34,990 bases of DNA from Guillardia theta CCMP2712 (GCF_000315625.1 NW_005434553.1:45471-80460); one strand, 5' to 3'. Counted from the stretch's first letter, positions 11,606 to 25,049 are shown. Notes: a model not told the origin generated them from the sequence alone. Program-made: numbers and translations.

Positions 11606-12970
11606 AGCCTGAGACTCTGATGTGATCGATCCGACGGTTGGTACAAGACGGTCACTGAACTCAGTCAAGAGTCTCAGACTTGCTCAGAGTCAGTCACCCG
11701 GGAGTCAAGTCCGAGGGCCCGCCGCCGGGACTCACTGCGGCCCGCAGGGTGACTTAACTTTGAGTGAGGTGACTCGGATCGGACTGGCACCGGGCCGGAC
11801 ATGAAGCCCGGCTGATCGGACTCCACGTTCGAGTAACTCACAGTAACCGTAAGCGCTCGCCGAAGCCTAAGTTCCGAGCGTTTAGGTCGAGCACGTTGGA
11901 TTTTTTTCACTTTCAGTTCAACCGTTGAATCGGAAGGACCATCATGGCACGTGACCGTAGAGTCAGCCTGGGTGGCTGGCCCGTGGCCTGAGACTCACGG
12001 ATGTGGCCGGCGGCCCGTCGAGATGATCGGCCGGCCCCCCCGGGGGCCCGGCCGGGCCGGGCCACGGCCGGTACTGACTCAGTGAGTGACCGAGCAGGCG
12101 ATGAGAAGAGATGATGATATGCGGGGATGAGGCTGATCCATAAAATGATTTTTTATTTTAAGTGAGCGCGGACTCCACCCTTTGCCACCACCCTACCTTG
12201 TTCTCAAAGTACCCCCTTATTCTGCTTGTTTGACGTGGGAAATTGCTACCTGCATGAGTACCCTACCCACTGATATGTGAACCTTTTCTTTACTTCAGCT
12301 CAAGTAGAACCTATGACAGAATCGTCCGATATATTTCCTAGGACCCAACTAGATACCACTAGGACCCCTACTTTGACTTTTCAAAACACGTCGTTTGAAA
12401 TATGTGACCCGGTACCGGTGGTTTTTTGAGACTTGAATCTGTGAGGAGGTCGGGGTGTGATTCCGATGGGGGTGGGGTTGATCTCGAAGGGGGTGGTAAT
12501 TCAAGTAGGGGTAGGAGGCCTGCTCAGCATAAATATGTCTGCAAATAATGGGGTACTTGGAGGATCAGAATGGGGTCATGAGGACAAGGGGTAGAGTAGG
12601 TACGGATACAATATCCAATAAACGCTCTGCCCAATGACCCCCTACCCACCTGTAAGAACAACTACCCCTCTCATTAAGCATTCTTTCTACCCCACCCCCC
12701 TCTTGTTATCTCCCTTCCGTCCCCTCCTCCTGCTCTACCCTCTTCTCTCCCCCTGCACTCTTCAACTACCCCACCCCCTCAGTAATTCTACACCCTCCTC
12801 CTTTTTGTCGCCCACCCCTCTCTTTCAACACTTTTCCATCAAAAATACCCAGGTGTACCCACCCCTTTCACATCACCCTACCCATAACTAATTTCCCTGT
12901 GGCGTTACACCCCTCGTCTGGAGGGAATGACCCCCACCTCCCTCAGGATGGTCGATGACCCCCTACTGAG
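11606..12970 (+). other. Non-coding composite element, copy A: palindromic GC mosaic (11606-12095), AT patch (about 12140-12160), ACCC/GGGT field (12170-12970)
   Basis: Dense GACTC/GAGTC, CCGG, GGCC and GTGAC words, followed by blocks of strongly strand-biased ACCC or GGGT. No credible ORF or exon pattern. Confidence 0.6.
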
Positions 12971-13456
12971 CAGTGCTACTTTTATGCACATGAGCGCCAT
13001 GGCAAACTCGGGGGTTAGATGGAGGAGAGAGGATGGAAGGGAGGGGAGATGGCAGGAAGAGAAGAGATGATGTGGTAAGATGGACAAGGAGGAGGAGAGG
13101 AAGGAGGTGAAGCTTAGGCAGCATATTAGTCGGGGTTGATTCATTCTTCCTCCACGTTGACCTCTCGACGTCAGATCACGGTCTAGTGAAGAGTGTCGGG
13201 TGAATGTGGGATATGAAGAGGAAACACGGAGAGAGAGTGTGTGTGAAGGACATATCGGCTTGTTTGCTTGAGGGACAGTGAAGAAGCATCTAAGACGTGG
13301 CGAGCATTATGTCTGATGACGTTACTGAAGCATACCGCAGGCTGGAAGTTATCGTCTTGTATCAAGGGCTGAGTGATCGTTCATGGCTGCTCAGAGATGA
13401 TCTGGATCGGGGGATGAAGAGGAGGATCATGTGAGAAGGTAGTCGGGGTAGGAGAG

Positions 13457-15838
13457 ATGGAGAGTACGAGCGTGATGCACCAGATCAACGAGTTGACGTC
13501 TGAGCTGGATGTTCAACTCAGCATGGAGAAGCGATCTTCGAATACAGAGCACCGTCTCATTGAAAACGAGACAGAGGAGAAAGACGAGATCGACGCCGTG
13601 GTCGTGAAGCAACTGAAGAGACTGAGGTCTGCCATGGACGCGATCAATGCCGGCAGGTGTATGGAAGTGATGAGCTCAATTTCTATCCGAGAGACTTCGA
13701 TGGTGAGCACGGGTGTTTGCGCCGGCACTGCTGCTGATTGTTTGCATGTAGAATTTCACTATTGCATCCGAGAAGGAGGTTGAGAACGAACAGACGTTGG
13801 CATCGGCAAGGCATGAGGATATCTTCGAATCGGAGATAGAGTGGGATCCAGAAGGTGGGTCCGAGGTCGTGAGGGATGCAGGAGCATGCGAGGGTGAAGA
13901 GATGGTTGAAATGCGACTTGGTTGAGGGAAGGATCACGTTGAGAGGCTTTCCTGTGAACTTGTTTCATAGCTTGTTAGCTTTCAAACTAGATTCTTGATC
14001 TCACCCTCCTACCTTGACATCTCGAGAACTCCTTCTTACTCGCGATGTTGCAGAGTTAGCCCCCGGTTACACAGAACCGGCTTACGTGCGATATAAGGTG
14101 ACGGTGAATGTGTTGAAGGCGCTTGAGTGCTGATCATGAGCTGTGTGGCCAGACCATGAACAAGAAGTCAAGGAGAGTTTCGATCCACTCAGATGGAGTG
14201 CTGGTGATCTTTCTGCCCATACCTTCAACCTTCTCCACCACTCTTCTCTGCCTCTTCGCCCTTCACCTCCATATTGAACTCCACGCGCAGCAGCCATGTC
14301 CCTTCCTCTTCACCGTCTCTCTGCTCCCCCCACCCCGCACCTCTCTTTCTCTCGTCGTTTTTCAACTCTTTGACGAATCTCGTTTCTCACAGTGCGTTGC
14401 GAACATTCATGATGCAATTGAGAAGTTCACGTCGATGCCGGTGCTGAGAAAGGTGACGTGCACTCGGCAGCCAAGAAAGCTCCAGCTGACGACGAACAGG
14501 AGGTGGAGAACGTTGAGGCTTGGTTCCGAGGGGAGGAGATGGACAGGGCAGAGCAACGAGTGCAAAGCGCAGCATCAGGCTCAATGAGGGAGGCGGAGGA
14601 TCTTTCAACAGAGCAGGGGGAACAAGGCGAAATTTGTGAAGTGGAGGTTGACAACACAGAGATGTAAGAGGAGAAGGGGACGGTCGCTTGAGTTTTAGTC
14701 TGGCTCGCAGGGAGCCCATCTCCATGAGTCTGGAGGAAAGGATCGAGACGCTGAAATCCTCCACCGCCTGCACAGGTTCAGATTCCCACAAGAACTGAGA
14801 TTGAAAGAGCCTCTGACCTCTGCTGCTCCTCCAGCTCGACGCGTCGACGAATTTTGTTTGCGGGGAATCGCGCGGAAGCTTCACGTGCGGAGCTTTAAGA
14901 GGGGGTCGACGATAGCCAAGAAGGGAAGGTGATGCGAGGCCGAGGCGGAGAAAGTGGATTGAGGGAGAGGAAGGGATATTCCTTTGAGGGGAGGGAACAG
15001 GAGAGGAGGGTTGAGAGAGAGGGAATGCGGGTTGAAGAGGGGAGGACGGAGGGCTGCATGGACGGAGGAGGGAGGGGAGTTGGCTGACGTTCAGGCGCAG
15101 TGAGGGAGACAAGATGTTCTGGGTGGCGTCGGGATGCTGCACGTGCGTGCTAGACGGATCGGTAGGAGTGCAGGAGGAGGAGGAGGAAGTGACGTATCAG
15201 TAGGAGATCGACAAACTTAGCCGCGGACAATGTTTCGGAGAAGTTTCTATGATGAATCTGTGCAAACTATGGTACGAGAGGGCGGACGAGGTGGAAAAAA
15301 CGGCTGATGGGATTTGCGTTGTGCAGTCAAGGGGGGATGCTGGAGGAGGAAGCGCGGAAACAGTGCAGGAGAGGAGCAGGTGATATCCGGCTTGTGAGCT
15401 TTGCAAGAGGCTGTGGGCTGGGAGCAGATGGAGGAGCGAAGGGCAGAGGGACGAGGGAGACGCAGGCGGCAATAAGAGATGAGGAGACTGATGTTCTCGT
15501 TCTCGCAGACATCATGGCGACTGAAGACGTGGTTCTCCTGGAGCTCTCCTATAAGGACGCTCTGCCCCTCTCTCGCACCGCTCCCAACCTGTGGTGTACC
15601 CTGGTGCGTCACTGGCCCCAGCTGGAGTGGAGCTGACGTTTGACAGGATGACATCTGCCGGTTGCGCTCGAAGCGTGTGGAGTCTCGAACACAAGGAGGG
15701 GAGTAGAGGACGCGCAAGGAGGAGGGAAGAGAGAGAATAGGGGACGAGGGGGAGGGCTGCAGACGGGTCGTCGAGGTTGCCATGAGCAAGGTGAAGGCAA
15801 TCGAGCAGCGCAAGGCAGCAGGCGATTCACCAGGGTGA
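13457..15838 (+). CDS. Protein with an N-terminal coiled coil and a C-terminal cyclic-nucleotide-binding (cNMP) domain; multi-exon
   Basis: Spliced exons at about 14840-15603 give DEFCLRGIARKLHVRSFKRGSTIAKKG|SEGDKMFWVASGCCTCVLDGS|EIDKLSRGQCFGEVSMM...RRGA|DIMATEDVVLLELSYKD, matching the CNB pattern (G..GD.[MF][FY]...G, G..FGE, R.A.[VI].A). The middle exons and the stop position are less certain. Confidence 0.8.
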
Positions 15839-15943
15839 GGTGGGATGGGAGGGTGGGAAGCTCAGGAAAGGCGTGTAGATACAAACTTAATGTTGGTGTT
15901 AAATTTAAGGTGAGCGAAAACCCTCACGACAGTCTTCACTCGT

Positions 15944-18900
15944 TCACTCTCTGTCCACATCCTGTGCTCTGGTGTGGAAGGACCTCGCCTGAGACGCTCT
16001 CTTGACTCCCTCGGACGAGGATTGCGAGACGTGCTGAGTACGCGACTGCAGAAGAAGATGAGAAGCAGAAAGAGACAGAAAGGGGAAGGGGCACAAGAGG
16101 CTGATGGAGAGGAGCAGGGAGGGAAGAGACTGAGGATGAGGAGCAGGAAGAGGAGGATGTAAATCACCTCGAGCAAGAAACGATTCACAGCATCAGCAGC
16201 GCGTTGACCCTCGTTGATGGCCCACACGACGAGCGACTGACCTCTCCTGCCCACCAAATGTCAGGGATCGTTCTTCCTTCTTCCCCCCCCCCCCCCCCCG
16301 TCGTCCTCCTTTTCTTCTCCCTCCCCCTCCTTCGTTCTTCCATCCCCCTCCCACCACATCCCTTCTCTCCCCCCTCCTCTCTCTCCTCTCCTCTTGTTGC
16401 ATCCTCTACTCATCTAAATCTCTCGGGCTCACCGGCAGTCTCCCGCAGCAAACACGCCATCCACTGACGTTCTGTAGCCATCACCGTTGGATCCGTGCAT
16501 CGCCTGAGCCCCAGGTCACTCTCCCGCTCATCAGCCAACAGCACCCTCTGCCTCCTGCCTCTTCTCCTACCTTGATGTTGGACTGGGGAGTGGCTTCGGT
16601 CTTGAACGCCTCGACCAGGTTGGGGTCGGGGCCCACGAAGCCCATGGCGAGGATGACAGCGTCGGTCTCGATCAACTGCTCGGATCCCTCGATCTCTGCG
16701 ATCGTTGGCTTTCCGTTTGCATCTCGTGCAACCTGACGTAATGAGGTCAAGAAAGAGAACTGCAGAGGCCACGGGGGGAGGAGAAGAGACGAGGAAGCAA
16801 ACAGGCGAAGGTCAAGGGATGCGAGAGCGGAAAGTTGGACATGCACAAAATGGAGAGGAGGCGGCAGGCAACCTTGAGAGAGACGATCTTGATGGCCTTG
16901 ACGTTGCCCTGCTCGTCTCCGATGAACTCCTTGGTCATGACGGCATACTTGCGAGGATCGGCGCCGTCGCGCTTCTTCACCTGATGAAACATCACTCAAG
17001 ACAGGCTCCCATGCGGTGGACTAACCTCTTCTTGTCCATAGTCCGTCCTGAAGATGCGGGGGTAGGCGGGCCAGGCATTGGCGATCTCGTCACGAGTAGG
17101 GGGAGGCTTGTCGAGGAGCTCGAGGTTGACGAGGCTCTTGCATCCATGCCTACATGCTCGTCAGCACCCGAATCTCTCTCAACTCGCTCAGCCTCCGCAC
17201 CTGACAGACGTGGCGGTGCAGTCGGTTCCCGTGTCTCCGCCTCCGATCACGACCACACGCTTTCCACGGACATCGATGAAGCTGCCGTCGTACTCGAGCT
17301 TCCAGTCCTTGTTGCCCTTCGCCGATAGTCTTAGGTACAGGCAAAGGGGAGGGAATCGTCTTTGCAAGGGCAATACCTTGTACGGGGTCCTGAAGGAGAT
17401 GGCGTTGGTCATGAGCTCAGGGTTCTGGCGAAACAAGGCTTGTTGCTGCTTGCCCAAGAACTCCATGGCAAAGTAGATGTTCTGAAAGGTACAAGCCATC
17501 ACGCATCTCCCTAGCCGGAAGCTTCGTCGTCACCTTGAGATTCCTGCCAGGGATCGGAAGGTCTCTTGGCTTCGTGGCTCCCACGGTGAGCAGGACAGCA
17601 TCAAACTTGCTCTTGAGCTGAAACATCGCGAGTCAGTCGCAGCCGCCGCGAAAACTTCTCCTGACCTGATCTGCAGTCACGTCCTTGCCGACTTCGACGT
17701 TGCAGATGAAGTCGATTCCTTCGGACTGCATGATCTCGAGCCTCCTCTGAACCACTCTCTTGTCCAACTTCATGTTGGGGATGCCAAACCTAGAAACATC
17801 GTCAGCTCAAGTTCGATCTTAAGCGGTAGACATACATGAGAAGCCCTCCTGGTTTGGAGTCACGCTCGAACACAGTGACCTGCAAGACAAGCATGAGAGC
17901 TGCTCGACGTCGCCAGCTTGTCAAACCTTGTGTCCCATCTGGTTCAACTCATCCGCAGCTGCCAAGCCTGCTGGACCAGAGCCGACGATCGCCACGGTGA
18001 GTCCAGTGCGATCCTATCACCCCTCCATCGTCAGCTATGCCATGATAAAGAGGTCTCACGCACCTTGGGGATCCTGGGCTTGACCCATCCTTCCTTGAAA
18101 CCACGATCGATGATCGCGTACTCGATGTTCTTGATCGTCACTGGCGCAGCGACCAATCCGGCAACGCAGGCACCCTGCAATGCAAGGAATCAGGGCGGAC
18201 CGACGGCAAGGACACTGCCCCAAAGACCTCGCAAGGCGCAGGGCAAACTCGTCCGGTGAACTCAGGGAAGTTGTTGGTGGTAAGGAGACGATCAAGAGCG
18301 GTCTTTAAACCAATATGAGTTTTGATGAGCAGACAAAATCGATCCCTTTACCTTCCATTGCTCCTTGAAGACAAGCTCGTTCCACTCAGGCATGAGGTTG
18401 TGGATTGGGCAACCCGAGTGAGTCTGACAGAATGGGGTACCGCAGTCCATGCACCTGGAATAATTGTCAAGACGCGAAACCGAGCAGCACATTGCTGACC
18501 TCGCTGCCTGGCGCTTTCTTTCAGCATCGTGAGCCTTAACAGGAGTGTAGATCTCTCCCCAGTCCGTGAGACGCTCCGATGGCTCACGGTAGGGTTCAGG
18601 GATGCGCTCGATCTCCACGAACCCACGGAGCTTATTGAACTTGGTTGCGATCTCCTTCTCGCTAGGCGTGTGAGCCTGAACCTTAATCTTCTTAGCGTCC
18701 ATATCAATCTGCTCACAGTCCAACATCATCTTGGAGCACACATGACGAGTTTCGCAAACCTCCAGGTTCTTCTCCTTGTGGCTCTCTTCGCGACCCTTCC
18801 AAGAGTCAGCGTCCGCAGCCTGCTTCCTTGCTCTCTTGTAGTCAAGGGGGAAGACCTGCAGGGCCTCAGCTACTCGAGAAAAACGCAGGACCAACTTCCA

Positions 18901-21900
18901 CCTGAACGAACTTCTCTCTCTCCACCTCCCAGTTGTCCAAGATAGATTTGGCAACGGTAGATCCAGTAGCTGCAAGATGTTCCTTGATGTAGCCGATGAG
19001 TTCTTGCTCGTAGATATCGCCTTCCAGACGCTCGAAGTCCCTCATGGGCTCTGCGAAGTTTGCCTTGTACCTGAACATTCCCCAAGCAAGTGTCAGTAAG
19101 AAAACTTGAATACCCTTTGAACATGTTACCTGAGCTGACCCTTGGGATCATATACCCAAGCAATTCCACCACTCATTCCAGCAGAAAAGTTCTTGCCAAC
19201 TTCTCCCAAAATGACGGCTCTGCCTCCGGTCATGTACTCAAGTCCATGATCGCCACAGCCCTCGACGACAGTGATGGCTCCGGAGTTACGGACTGCGAAC
19301 CTTTCGGCTGCGATACCTCGGAAGAATGCCTGGAGACGCTTTCACGATGAGGGTACGGGTGTAAGCCTAGCTTACCCTCCCTGAGGTGGCTCCATACAGA
19401 GCCACGTTGCCAGTGATGATGTTATCCTCGGCAACGAAGCCACTGTAGTTCACACAATCAATCAAGTAGCAACTATACGAAATCAGGAACACACCGCTTC
19501 AAGTTCCTGGGGTCGGGGTTCACCACGATTTTGCCACCGCAAAGACCCTTGCCAGTGCCTGAGTGAAAGTGAGCTCACAGTAACTTCTCTCTGGCCGATC
19601 AAGACCGTCGTTGGCGTCTCCAGTGACAATCATGGTGACTCCCTTGGTAAGGAATGCACCGAAGCTCTGGCCAGTGGAGCCATGAACCTTGATGGTGATG
19701 GTGTCATCTGGAAGACCAGCTTCTCCGTACCTGTTGAACCACCTGTCAGATACCCGACCGCTGCTTTTCTGCTCCCATCGCTACCTCTTGGAAATCTCAT
19801 GGCTGAGCATTGTACCGCAGCTGCGTTGGATGTTGATGATCTCAGTCTCAATGGTGACAGGTTTCTTGGACTCAAGCGCCTCTTTTGCCTTGGGGATGAT
19901 GATATTGTCGATGTGCTTCTCCAACTCATGATCCTGCTTGATTGCACTCCTGGTGATTGCCTTGGGGTTGATCAAACCCGGGAGAGTGAAAGCAGGGGTG
20001 ATGATTGAAGACAGATCAAGGTTCTTAGTCTTCTTGTTCCTGATTTCTTCGTTGAATTTCAAGAGATCAGATCGGCCGATGAGATCATCGATTTTCCTGA
20101 TTCCGATCTTAGCCATGTGCATTCTGACCTCTTCGCCAATCATCCACAAGAAGTTGACCACATGTTCCGGCAATCCCTTGAACTTCTTGCGCAGCTCTGG
20201 GTCTTGAGTAGCAATGCCCACAGGGCAAACGTTAAGGTGGCACTTTCTCATCATGATGCATCCGATCGAGATGAGTGGGGCCGTGCTAAATCCGCATTCT
20301 TCTGCTCCAAGCATGAACGCCATGATAACATCCAATCTACACGACGTGTCAGATACATAGAGAGTTGTCTCTCCCCTCTCTCGCCACAGTAGAGAAATGA
20401 GACAGAGGCAACACCGATCGACACTCACCCAGTCTTCATTTGTCCGTCAGTCTCCAGAATGACTCGCGACCTCAAATCGTTGATCACGAGGGTTTGATGA
20501 GCTTCTGCAAGACCAAGCTCCCAAGGAAGACCAGTGCTCTTGATACCACCCCATTGAGCTGCACCAGTTCCACCGTCATGCCCTGAGATCAGGATATGAT
20601 CCGCCTTCGCCTTAGCAACACCGGCCGCCACAACTCCTACACCGACTTCGGAGACGAGCTTGACTGAAATTCGTGCAGCAGGATTTGAGCACTTGAGATC
20701 GTAGATCAGTTGCGCGAGGTCTTCAATCGAGTAGATGTCATGGTGAGGGGGGGGCGAGATGAGCCCAACTCCAGGAGTGGAGTGGCGAAGCTTGCCGATA
20801 TCCATGGATACCTGACGCAAGGGTTAGGCACAATGCCAAATCATGCTGTCAGACAGCACCTTGAATCCAGGAAGCTCTCCTCCTTCACCAGGCTTTGCTC
20901 CTTGAGCCATCTTGATCTGAAGCTGAATAGCATTGGTGAGGTAGTTGGCAGTCACACCGAATCGCCCAGAGGCGATCTGCTTGATAGCACTTCGCCTTGA
21001 AGGATCAACAAGCCTTTCTTCACTCTCTCCGCCTTCTCCAGTATTGGACTTGGCACCCAGACTAGGAGAACGAGTGTGAAATTCAACATTCAGCAGCATG
21101 AGATTCAACAAACCGGTTCATGGCCAAGGCCAAGGTTTCATGAGCTTCCGCTGAGATCGATCCCAAGGACATTGCACCGGTCGTGAACCTCTTGACGATT
21201 TCGGCCGTTGGTTCAACCTCGTCAATCGAAATGGGGGTGACGCCCGTCGTGTTGAACGTCAGTTGGCCACGAAGAGTGACACCTTGAACGAGCTTGTGCG
21301 AGATGTTCATATACTTCTCGTATGCTTCGCGGGAATTTTTCCTGGCAGCTTCCTGAAGCATGGCCATCTGTTCCGGTGCATTGTAATGCAGCTCGCCACC
21401 ATCACGATAGTGAAAGTCTCCCAGGTTGGGGAGCGAGAACTTGTCATCGTCGGAGTCGAATACTCCGCCGACACGAGCAGCAGTGAATCTTGATTCGATG
21501 CCGTAGTTTGGTTTGTATCTGCATGGCATCATATCAGATCAGGATCGTTCGAAGATTCAACATCCATCAACAAATAGGCAGAGTCTCTGGGAACGAATCG
21601 ACTCACCCAGTGCTCTCAGGGTCCTTGGGGAAGGCCATGTCGTGATACTTCAGCATATCCTCAAGCAAGATATCAAATGTGACTCCTCCGATGCGAGACG
21701 GGGTTCCAGTGAATGCTCTGTCAATGATCTCTGAGCTGATACCAAGGGCCTCGAAAATCTGTGCTCCGCGGTAGCTTTGCAAAGTGGAGATTCCCATCTT
21801 CGCCATTACCTACGAGTGCGTCTTCAGGAAACGAGCGCAACACTTAAGAGGAGCAATACCTTGCGAACTCCGTAATCAAAGGCTGATTTCACACGGTCCG

Positions 21901-24618
21901 TGATCTCAGCATCCGTGTACTGCATACCAAGGCGACCTTCATCGCGAGCCTTGTGCAGAGCATGGTAACAGAGATATGGGCAGACAGCATCCGCTCCCAT
22001 ACCAAAGAGGAGAGCATAGTGATGCACCTGAGTAACTGTCATCAAACTTCGTTGGAACGATCATAGATGGAAAGAGAAATTGACCTGATGTGCAGATCCG
22101 CTCTCAAGGATCAAGCCACTCAATGTTCGCAACTTCTGCTTGATGAGGTACTGATGCACACAACCCACAGCAAGCATCGAATCAATCGGGACTCGTGTAT
22201 CGGAAACCTTCTTGTCTGAGAGGCAGATGATTTTGAATCCTTTGCGGACTGCATCTGCAGCTTCCTTCTCGATCCTGTCCAACTCCTTGAGCAACACTTC
22301 CTTCGATGGTGGATTGCTAGGATCCTCATAGGGAATCGTACAATCGACCACATAGGTCTTGTATCCTTTGTGGTCCATATGCTTCAAGGCATGCATCTCC
22401 TCCAACGAGAGGAGGGGGCATTCAACATCAATCCTTTCGGATTGATTGCCCGCCTTGTCCAGTAGATTTCCCTCAGGACCCAAAGGAAGTTTCAGTGACA
22501 TAATGAGCGACTCTCTCAGGGGATCGATGGGAGGGTTTGTAACCTGCACCATTCTGTCAATTTCAAAATGTTCCATCCTAAGTCAAGACCTGAGCAAAGA
22601 GCTGTTTGAAATACTCGTACAGCAAGCGAGGCTTCAAGGAAAGGCATGCAAGAGGAGCATCGTTGCCCATGGACCCCAAGGCCTCTTTGCCGGTTGCTCC
22701 CATAGGTGTGATGATTGTATCGACAGCCTCAGTTGTATAGCCATGAGCAGTGAGAAGCCTGTTTGTTGCACGCAAGTTCTTCTGATCCTCGGGAATCTTA
22801 GGTGAAACCTCAATGACCTATTATTTGAATCAGTGAAACAAATATACCATCTGTCAGCCTCAAACCTTAGAAAGAGGGATCATTCCATCAACCCATTCAC
22901 GGAAAGGCGCGTTGGTAGACAATTGCTTCTTGAGCTCCTTGTCACGAACAATGCATCCCTCTTTGAGATCCACCATGAAGATCTGACCGGGGCGCAATCT
23001 TCCACGTTCAATGATGCTTTCAACAGGGACAACATCCTGAAGACATCCGACTTCTGAAGATAGAATAACTTCTTCAGGTACTCCACTTCCATTCGAATCG
23101 GTAACGTAGTATCTGCTTGGCCTCAAGCCATTCCTGTCCAACGTAGCACCAATTACATCTCCGTTTGTGAAAGCGATCATCGCAGGACCATCCCACGGTT
23201 CCATCACATTGGAATAGAACTTGTAGAAAGCCTTGGTATCTTCATCAATATTGCCATCATTTTGCCATGGCTCTGGAATCATCATGAGCATGCACTCCGC
23301 AAGAGTGCGGTTGGATCCGTGGTACATGAACTCTAACACGTTGTCATATGAACCCGAGTCGGATTGTGACTTGTCAATCACTGGCAACATCATCTGAGTC
23401 TTTTCCTTGCCAAGCTTAGGCGAGAGGATCACACTTTCTCTTGCAGACATCCAATTAGCATTTCCCTTCAAAGTGTTGATCTCGCCGTTGTGGCAGAGCA
23501 TGCGCATGGGCTGCGCACGACTCCATGAAGGAAACGTGTTTGTGGAGAAGCGAGAATGAACCAGAGCAAGATACGTCTCAAACTTTTCGTTCTGAAGATC
23601 CAAGTAGTACTCCCGGACTTGTTCAGGAGTGAGCATGCCTTTGTACACAATGGTTTTCGATGAAAGGGTGCAAGGATAGAACTCTTGCGTCCAATCGCGA
23701 CCCTACATATCAGTTAGCGCAAAGGTAAACTCAAGAAACTGGATAGAATACAAGATCGATGAAAATTTCTGCGATTTCTCTCTCGAAAACACGTCTGAGG
23801 ATCATAAGTTCCTGCATCAACATGAGAAGTCTAGCCGGCAGAGACCCAGCGTAACACAACAAGATTGCCACACCGTCTCAAGCACTTCCGGAGCCAATTT
23901 CGCCGTCGGAGCCACAAAAACTTGCATGACCTTGGGCTCACAAGCCAAAGCAGATGGGCCTGAATGAACAGGGCATTATTTCAAAGTGATTTTCCCTTTA
24001 TCCTCTAACCAATTGTGGAGTTGTTTGTGGGAACGTCCCTCCAATGAAGAATCTTGAAACCGTGCTCCTGGCACCTTCAGATACACTCATTCGACCTTCT
24101 CTAACACTTCAGTCAATACCTTTTCTCGATGATTCCCTTGCACTTTTCAAGCATTCCAGGCTGAAAAGTACTCAGCTACGCAACCTCCGGCAAAAAGATG
24201 AACTGTCAGAGACCCACCTTTCTTGAGAAGAAGATCAAGCCAGAACCATACTCTCCACGAGGGGGCAGCTTCACACCAGCCTTCTCACACTCTTGACGAT
24301 AAAAGGTGTCTGGCATGGTGAACAAAACTCCCGACCCATCTCCAGTGTTGACCTCGCAGCCACAACCTCCACGATGTGCCATCCTTTCGAGGACCTGTCA
24401 TGCTCAAACGTCAGTGTCGTTCCATCGACGTGCATGTTTCGAAGTGCCCCCGAAGTATGATGTGTGATAGAGAGCAAGGGTGCAACTTTTAGACTCGCCT
24501 GAAGAGCGTTCTTCACGATCCTGTGACTCTCCGTCTTCTTCAAGTTGGCAATCATACCAACACCACAATTGTCTCTCTCCAGGGCAGGATCATACATCCC
24601 CTGCTTTCCTGGCAGCAT
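15944..24618 (-). CDS. GLT1: NAD(P)H-dependent glutamate synthase (GOGAT), eukaryotic fused alpha+beta polypeptide; about 36 introns
   Basis: [18 protein letters not shown] (Ntn amidotransferase Cys1), [85 protein letters not shown], the [3Fe-4S] motif [12 protein letters not shown] and a GXGXG domain; then the beta part [37 protein letters not shown] and [22 protein letters not shown]. Exons were joined in phase by hand. 24618 is the minimal ATG; the true start may be upstream (for example 24918). Confidence 0.97.
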
Positions 24619-25049
24619 GGTGTGTGAAGTATACTGCGATCTCGCGCCCGACGCGCTCTCGGCGTTCAGGTCGTCGGCCCTGGAAGAGAAGCCTCTTGCC
24701 AGAAACCCGGGCAGCAATCTGATCCCTTCATACCTGCAGATTCCAAGTGAGAAACAGCACCAGGAGATTCATGACTTGCGTGCGAAATCATGTTCACTAT
24801 GAGGGCATGTCCACCCTCCATACGCGGTCAACAAGGTCAAGGGGTCGCAACAGCGCTACATCGGCACAAGAACAAGAAGCTCAGTATGGCGGCGATGAAG
24901 CAGACATCTAGCCGCCATCCGAGCGCAATGCAGGGGAGGTGAACATTCATTTCCGTCTGGTTGAAACTTGCCTGCCAAGAAGGGCCACGCGCGGCTGCAT
25001 GCCGCGTGAGCGAAGCAGCCCTGCTGCTCGCTGCATGCTTGCCGCCGAG

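Noticed and set aside
11520-12095. CRISPR-like array or tRNA/structured RNA gene
   Set aside because: There are no constant repeats with unique spacers and no cloverleaf or A/B-box pattern that I could identify, and the context is eukaryotic.
15944-24618. Separate gltB and gltD genes (bacterial-style operon or contamination)
   Set aside because: The alpha and beta parts are joined in frame through a linker (about 18600-18860), and the gene has spliceosomal introns throughout.
16705-24802. Plus-strand ORFs overlapping GLT1
   Set aside because: They are antisense shadows of coding exons with no recognisable motifs.
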